Shown: positions 25,077-32,000 of the stretch, in pieces
Position numbering within the stretch: position 1 is the stretch's first letter
Layout: each line of letters opens with the position of its first letter
Source of the DNA: Acidothermus cellulolyticus 11B
GTDB taxonomy: Bacteria > Actinomycetota > Actinomycetes > Acidothermales > Acidothermaceae
Assembly: GCF_000015025.1 (NCBI RefSeq)
Contig: NC_008578.1
Coordinates: 1,500,001 to 1,532,000, forward strand
Length of the DNA: 32,000 nucleotides
Direction: 5' to 3'
Position numbers and translations under genes: made by a program
Notes under the pieces: model-generated
Told to the model about the DNA's origin: nothing
Databases searched by the model: none
The model's input: the letters and a program-made list of their open reading frames with translations, nothing else

Positions 25077-25108
25077 TCCGACTGCCGTCGGATGTCAAAG
25101 GCAGTCGG
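25077..25108 (+). terminator. Hairpin directly after the tRNA cluster
   Basis: CCGACTGCC (25078-25086) pairs with GGCAGTCGG (25100-25108). An alternative small hairpin is TCCGAC-TGCC-GTCGGA (25077-25092). Confidence 0.45.
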
Positions 25109-25255
25109 ACATCGTTACTCATCGCCGCTTCGTAATTGGCAAAGGTGATGACTGCTGCCTTCGCTAAGATATTCGGCTGCGACGGATCAGCCCCGGTGTG
25201 CTGAGCATCGCGCAAATCGTGCCGAGCATACCGCCACGTCTTTCACCCGGCGCGT

Positions 25256-25558
25256 TCATCCCACCTTGGCGCATCCACCGCTGGCGACGACTGTTTCACA
25301 GGTCGAGGCGGGCAGGATCTCGACGGAACCGGCCTGGGCGAACGGCGTCATGAATTTCTCGATCTGCTCCTGCTGCGCCGCTTCGGCAATCAGATAGAAC
25401 GTGTGCTTGTTGTTCGCCACCGCATCAGCCCGAATTGTCACGCCGTAACCGGCGGCGTTCTCCGTCGACAAATGCTGGAGCAGCATCGAGCCCATCGCCG
25501 GATCCTGGGCCGGGCACGTCTCCGGCGCGTGTTGGTGAATGACGACGAAAAGTGCCAT
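25256..25558 (-). CDS. Small hypothetical cytoplasmic protein (100 aa, 3 Cys)
   Basis: GGGGAGG lies 5 nt before ATG 25558. The product MALFVVIHQHAPETCPA...FYLIAEAAQQEQIEKFM...STCETVVASGGCAKVG suggests an alpha/beta fold. I cannot name a family with confidence. Confidence 0.6.
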   Translation of the reverse strand: MALFVVIHQHAPETCPAQDPAMGSMLLQHLSTENAAGYGVTIRADAVANNKHTFYLIAEAAQQEQIEKFMTPFAQAGSVEILPASTCETVVASGGCAKVG

Positions 25559-25653
25559 ACGAGCCTCCCCATTCGCTCGGCTGCGCCGAACGACGTTACC
25601 GCGACCGGCACGTCGCTACCGCACTGCGGCACATCGACGCTACCGCACGCCGG

Positions 25654-27297
25654 CTAACCGCTACCCGACGACGTGGGCGAGCCGGCGGAAACCGTGGGCG
25701 TCGGCTTGGCACTGCCGGTGGCGTGCGAACTCGGCGTAGGACTCGGCGTCGAACTCGGCGTCGGCGTCGCCGGTCGGGTTGCCGGAGCCGGCGGCACCCA
25801 GTGCCGGTTGTTGCTCACCCCTGGGGTCGGGCTGTAGTACCCGAAACCGTCCCCCTCCGCGGCGACGACGTCCGCATCAGAGAGCCGCGGATTCTCATTC
25901 GCCGGCAAGGCACTGCCCGCCACCCACTGACTCCACGGCATGTTCCAGTCGGTCCAGCCGTTGCCGCTCTCCAACCCGCGTGGTGTGCCCACAACTTGGA
26001 CGATGTCACCGCGTTGGGACAGGTTGTAGAACCACTCGGCGTTCGCCGGGCTTACGTTGACGCAGCCGTGGCTGACATTCACCCGACCCTGGTCGGCGAC
26101 GGACCACGGCGCGGCGTGCACGAATTCCCCGGACCACGAAATCCGCACATTCCAATAGACGACCTCGTAGTAATAATCCGGATCGCCCTTGGGAATCCCG
26201 ACGGTCGCCGAGTCCATGATGACTTTTTGTGCCTTCTCCAAAACGACGTGCACCCCAGACGTCGTGGGGTATTTGTCCCGCCCCGTGCTCACCGGAATAA
26301 CCCGCGCCACCTGGCCGTTGATCCGCACCGTCATCATGTGCGTCCTGGCGTCCACCACGCTGATGTGCGAATCGCCGATCGTGAAATGCACCGTGCGGTT
26401 CTCGGTGCCCCACACACCGCGACCGGCGTCCACTCCGGCGAGATCCGCGTGCAAGGTCACCTGGTCACCGACCGGCCAGTACACCGTCGGCCGGTAGTGC
26501 ACCTCGGTGTCGCCGTACCAGTGCCACGCACCAAGAACCGGCATCGACGCCTCGACAGACAAGTGCCGCTCGACCGCCGCTTTGTCCGTCACCGGCGCCG
26601 TGAAGTAAATAATGATCGGCATGCCGACCCCGACGGTCTCCCCTTCCAGCGGGGCAATCCGCATCCCGAGAACTTTCGACGGCTGCATGGTCGAGAACGT
26701 CGAGCTGAACGTCGCCGCCTGCCCGGCGTCGTCCTCCGCTTCGGCGACCACGTGGTACGTCGTGCCGGGCTGCAGCGCCTCAGCGCTCCGCCAGGTGTGG
26801 TGATCGGCGTCCATGCCGCCATCCAGCCGGTGACCGGCGCCGTCCGCCACCGATACGAGCGTCAACGACCCGTGCTGGACGCTCACCGTCACGTCCGCGT
26901 TCAGCGGGACGCCGGTCGCCTTGTCCGCCGGCGACACGGTGAAATCCACCGGCAGGGCCGACACGGACGTCCGCGACGTCGGCGCGCTGGTCTGGTTGCC
27001 GCCCGCTGCGGCAAGGCCGGCGGGAGCCCGCTGCTGACACCCGCCGAGAGCAGCTGCGGTCGCAATCGCCAGACCGCCGGCAACCAGCAAGCCGAGCAGG
27101 CCATGCCGCAACGCGGGACGAACCCGCGACCTCGGCGCGCGATGCTTGGGCAGCACGTCGGCGGGGATGCGGCGGTCACCTCCGCCGATCTCCCAGCCGT
27201 CGTCGTGAGGTTGCCCTGTCACTCGCGCGCACTCCGATCGCTGTCCGGACACCGTAGGGCTTCCAGTCTCGCCTACGCCGACCGGTTGCTGCGGCAT
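25654..27297 (-). CDS. L,D-transpeptidase lipoprotein (YkuD domain) with a C-terminal Pro/Thr/Ser-rich tail
   Basis: Catalytic motif VSHGCVNVS, upstream Ig-like domains, and the lipobox AALGGC. The start is uncertain: ATG 27297, or TTG 27111, which would give a compact 25-aa lipoprotein signal. Confidence 0.85.
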   Translation of the reverse strand: MPQQPVGVGETGSPTVSGQRSECARVTGQPHDDGWEIGGGDRRIPADVLPKHRAPRSRVRPALRHGLLGLLVAGGLAIATAAALGGCQQRAPAGLAAAGGNQTSAPTSRTSVSALPVDFTVSPADKATGVPLNADVTVSVQHGSLTLVSVADGAGHRLDGGMDADHHTWRSAEALQPGTTYHVVAEAEDDAGQAATFSSTFSTMQPSKVLGMRIAPLEGETVGVGMPIIIYFTAPVTDKAAVERHLSVEASMPVLGAWHWYGDTEVHYRPTVYWPVGDQVTLHADLAGVDAGRGVWGTENRTVHFTIGDSHISVVDARTHMMTVRINGQVARVIPVSTGRDKYPTTSGVHVVLEKAQKVIMDSATVGIPKGDPDYYYEVVYWNVRISWSGEFVHAAPWSVADQGRVNVSHGCVNVSPANAEWFYNLSQRGDIVQVVGTPRGLESGNGWTDWNMPWSQWVAGSALPANENPRLSDADVVAAEGDGFGYYSPTPGVSNNRHWVPPAPATRPATPTPSSTPSPTPSSHATGSAKPTPTVSAGSPTSSGSG

Positions 27298-27512
27298 CAC
27301 CACCGGCGAATCTGGACATCCTCGAAGCCGGCCGGCACTGCATGAGACGGACCGGCCGCGGGGAAGGTTGCCCGTCGTGTCCAATTCGTTACGTCGGCCC
27401 CGCGGGGCGGCCACGTTACGGTGGACAAGCGATTGGTGTCTTCGGGCCGGGCTCCCGCCGGCCGACGACACCGCGGGGGATGACAAAGACCACGATCGGA
27501 GGACGCGGACGG

Positions 27513-29640
<2,128 letters not shown>

Positions 29641-29651
<11 letters not shown>

Positions 29652-31983
29652 CGCCGATTCGACACGTCGTCGCGGTCGGACCCCCACCGCCACCTACCGG
29701 ATTCAGCTGCGGCCGGATTTCGGGTTCGCCGACGTCGCCGCGCTGGCTTCATATTTTGCCGACCTCGGTGTCAGCCACGTCTACCTCTCCCCGGTCTTGG
29801 AGGCGGTACCCGGTTCCACGCACGGGTACGACGTCATCGATCCGACCCGATTGCGTCAGGAGTTCGGCGGCGAGGCCGCATTCACCGCGATGCGCGAGGC
29901 GCTCGCCGCGGCCGGCGTCGGGATCGTGGTGGACATCGTGCCAAACCACCTGGCGATTCCGGTGCCGGAGTGGCAAAATCCCGCGTTCTGGTCGGTGCTG
30001 CGGGAAGGCCGGCACTCGCCGTTCGCGGCATGGTTTGACATCGACTGGGACGCCGGCGACGGCCGGATCGTCTTACCGTTCCTCGACGGGCCATTGACCG
30101 AGAACCTCGGTCATTTCTCGGTCGTCACCGACGACGAGCACGGCGCAATGCTCGCCTACTATGACCATCGGTTCCCCCTTGCCGCCGGCACCGAACAGTT
30201 GCCCGTTGCCGAGGCGCTGGACCGTCAGCATTACCGGCTCATCGACTGGCGCGCCGGCCCGCAGGAGCGGAATTACCGGCGCTTCGTGGACATCGATCAG
30301 CTGATCGCCGTCCGGGTGGACGATCCAACGGTGTGGGATGCGACGCACGCCGTCATCGTCGACCTCGCCTGCCGCGAGCTGATTGACGGGCTCCGCATCG
30401 ACCACATCGACGGGCTGCACGATCCGGCCGGATACCTCCGGCGACTGCAGAACGTGACCGGAGTGGACTGGGTCGTGGCCGAGAAAATCCTCACGCTGAA
30501 CGAAGAACTCCCGGCCGACTGGCCGATCGCCGGGACCACCGGATACGACGCCCTGGCGGTGCTGAACGGCCTGCTCATCGATCCCGACGGTTATCGGCGG
30601 ATTCGCCGGTGCTACGCCGACCTTGCGCACATGACGGCCGAACGCACCGAGGTCGTCACCGAGAGCAAACGGGCGGCGCTTGCGGCTTTTGCCGGCGATA
30701 TCGAGCGATTGGCCGACGCGCTCTCCGGTGAAGCCGGCTGTGCGCCTGCCGTCGCGCGGGACCTCCTGCACCGGATCCTCCTGGACCTGCCCGTGTACCG
30801 GCCCTATCCGAGCGACCCGACCAGCATGACAGCGCTGCACGCCGCGGTCCGTCAAGCGGTGGGCGCACACGCTGATGCGGCGGACTGCGCCCGGTTCCTG
30901 GCGGCGGCGGTCCGCGACGGCCGGCCGGTCGGGGCGCGTTTTGGTCAGCTTGCCGCCGGGGTTTACGCCAAGGGCGTGGAAGACACCGCCTTCTACCGGG
31001 ACATCGCTCTCCTCGCCGTGAACGAGGTGGGGTGCGATCCACGTCGTCCGAGTTGCTCGGTCGCCGAATTCCACGACTTCATGGCCCGGCTGGAAGCGCA
31101 CCATCCGACGACGATGACGACGCTCTCGACGCACGACACCAAGCGGTCGGAGGATGTCCGGGCCCGGCTCGCCGTCCTCTCCGAGCTTCCCGAGGAGTGG
31201 GACACCTGTGTCCGCCGGCTCAGCACGCTCTCAACCGCGTTGGGCTGCCCCGACGAGCACGCCGCATACCTCGTCGTCCAGACCTTGGTCGGCGCGTGGC
31301 CGCTCGACCTGCGTCGCACCGCAACCTACGTGCGCAAGGCACTCCGGGAAGCAAAACGGGCCACCTCATGGCAGCATCCGAATGCCCGGTATGAATCCGC
31401 GGTGGCGTCATACCTCGACGCGGTCTTCGCGTCGGCCGATTTTCTCGGCCGCATCGAGGAATTCGTCAACCGGCTCGCCCCGTACGGGCGCGCCAACAGC
31501 CTGAGCCAGAAACTCCTCCAGCTCACGATGCCCGGCGTCCCGGACGTGTACCAAGGGTGTGAACGCACCTCGCTCCGGCTCGTCGACCCCGATAATCGGG
31601 CGCCGGTGGACTTTGCCGCGTGCCGGGCGGCATTGGACGAATTCCTCGACCCGAAAGTGCGGCTTACGGCCACCGTGTTGCGGCTTCGCCGACGGCATCC
31701 GGAATGGTTCACCGGCTACCATCCGCTCGTCGCGGACGGCCCGGCGGCCGACCATCTGGTCGCGTTTCACCGCGACGGTCCGGTCGTGACAGTGGCCGGA
31801 CGGCTCACCGCACGCCTTCGCGCCGCCGGCGGCTGGCGCGAGACGACGGTGCACATCCCCGCCGGAACGTGGGTCGATGCGCTCTCCGGGCGGGAATGTG
31901 ACGGTGGAGAACACGCAGTAGGGAGCCTGCTGGGCGCCGCCCCGGTTGCGCTTCTCGTCCCGGCAGTGGAGGTCACGGCATGA
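29641..31983 (+). CDS. treY: Malto-oligosyltrehalose synthase TreY
   Basis: TATYRIQLRPDFGFADVAALASYFADLGVSHVYLSP...THGYDV...VDIVPNHLA...GLRIDHIDGL...GTTGYD...STHDTKRSEDVRAR. GTG 29641 overlaps the glgX 3' end by 11 nt. Confidence 0.9.
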
Positions 31984-32000
31984 GACCCCGGGTCTGGGCA
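31980..32000 (+). CDS. treZ: Malto-oligosyltrehalose trehalohydrolase TreZ (5' end only, truncated by the window)
   Basis: ATGA overlap with the treY stop. The first codons MRPRVWA resemble the TreZ N-terminus (..F.VWAP). It sits at the expected position in a glgX-treY-treZ operon. Only 7 codons are visible. Confidence 0.5.

Noticed and set aside
24762-25700. The tRNA cluster as the attachment site of an integrated mobile element
   Set aside because: I found no integrase, recombinase or phage genes and no direct repeat of a tRNA 3' end downstream within the window. Only a modest AT-richer patch is present. It is kept as a low-interest note.

Overview
High-GC actinobacterial chromosome segment, mostly conserved housekeeping genes. 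Left to right: pdxT-pdxS (PLP synthase, minus strand). A clearly lower-GC three-gene insertion on the plus strand, holding one small signal-peptide protein and two tandem SMI1/KNR4 (SUKH) immunity-like paralogs. The conserved minus-strand phosphatidylinositol-mannoside block: membrane protein, pimA, patA-like acyltransferase, pgsA. A divergently oriented EF-G paralog. HIT-family protein and thrS (minus). A LacI-regulated sugar uptake locus with a solute-binding lipoprotein, two permeases, a short cytoplasmic GH32-like hydrolase and no ATPase. An orphan S24/LexA-like peptidase-domain gene whose start lies inside a 45-bp tandem repeat. DoxX. TetR with a divergent ABC-2 exporter (ATPase and permease). 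tRNA-Val(CAC), the sporulation/cell-division gene ssgB, and a tRNA-Gly/Cys/Val cluster. A small Cys-containing protein, an L,D-transpeptidase lipoprotein, and glgX-treY-treZ (treZ cut by the window end). From memory the thrS...ssgB/tRNA gene order resembles Streptomyces-type actinomycetes; I could not verify this. No CRISPR array, transposase, integrase or recognisable defence cassette was seen. The most unusual items are the low-GC secreted-protein plus double-SUKH module, the truncated-looking S24 gene, an EF-G paralog with Tyr in place of the catalytic His, and many degenerate tandem repeats (18-61 bp periods) in intergenic regions and at gene termini. Long Arg/Pro/Gly-rich ORFs antisense to real genes are treated as GC-rich shadow ORFs.
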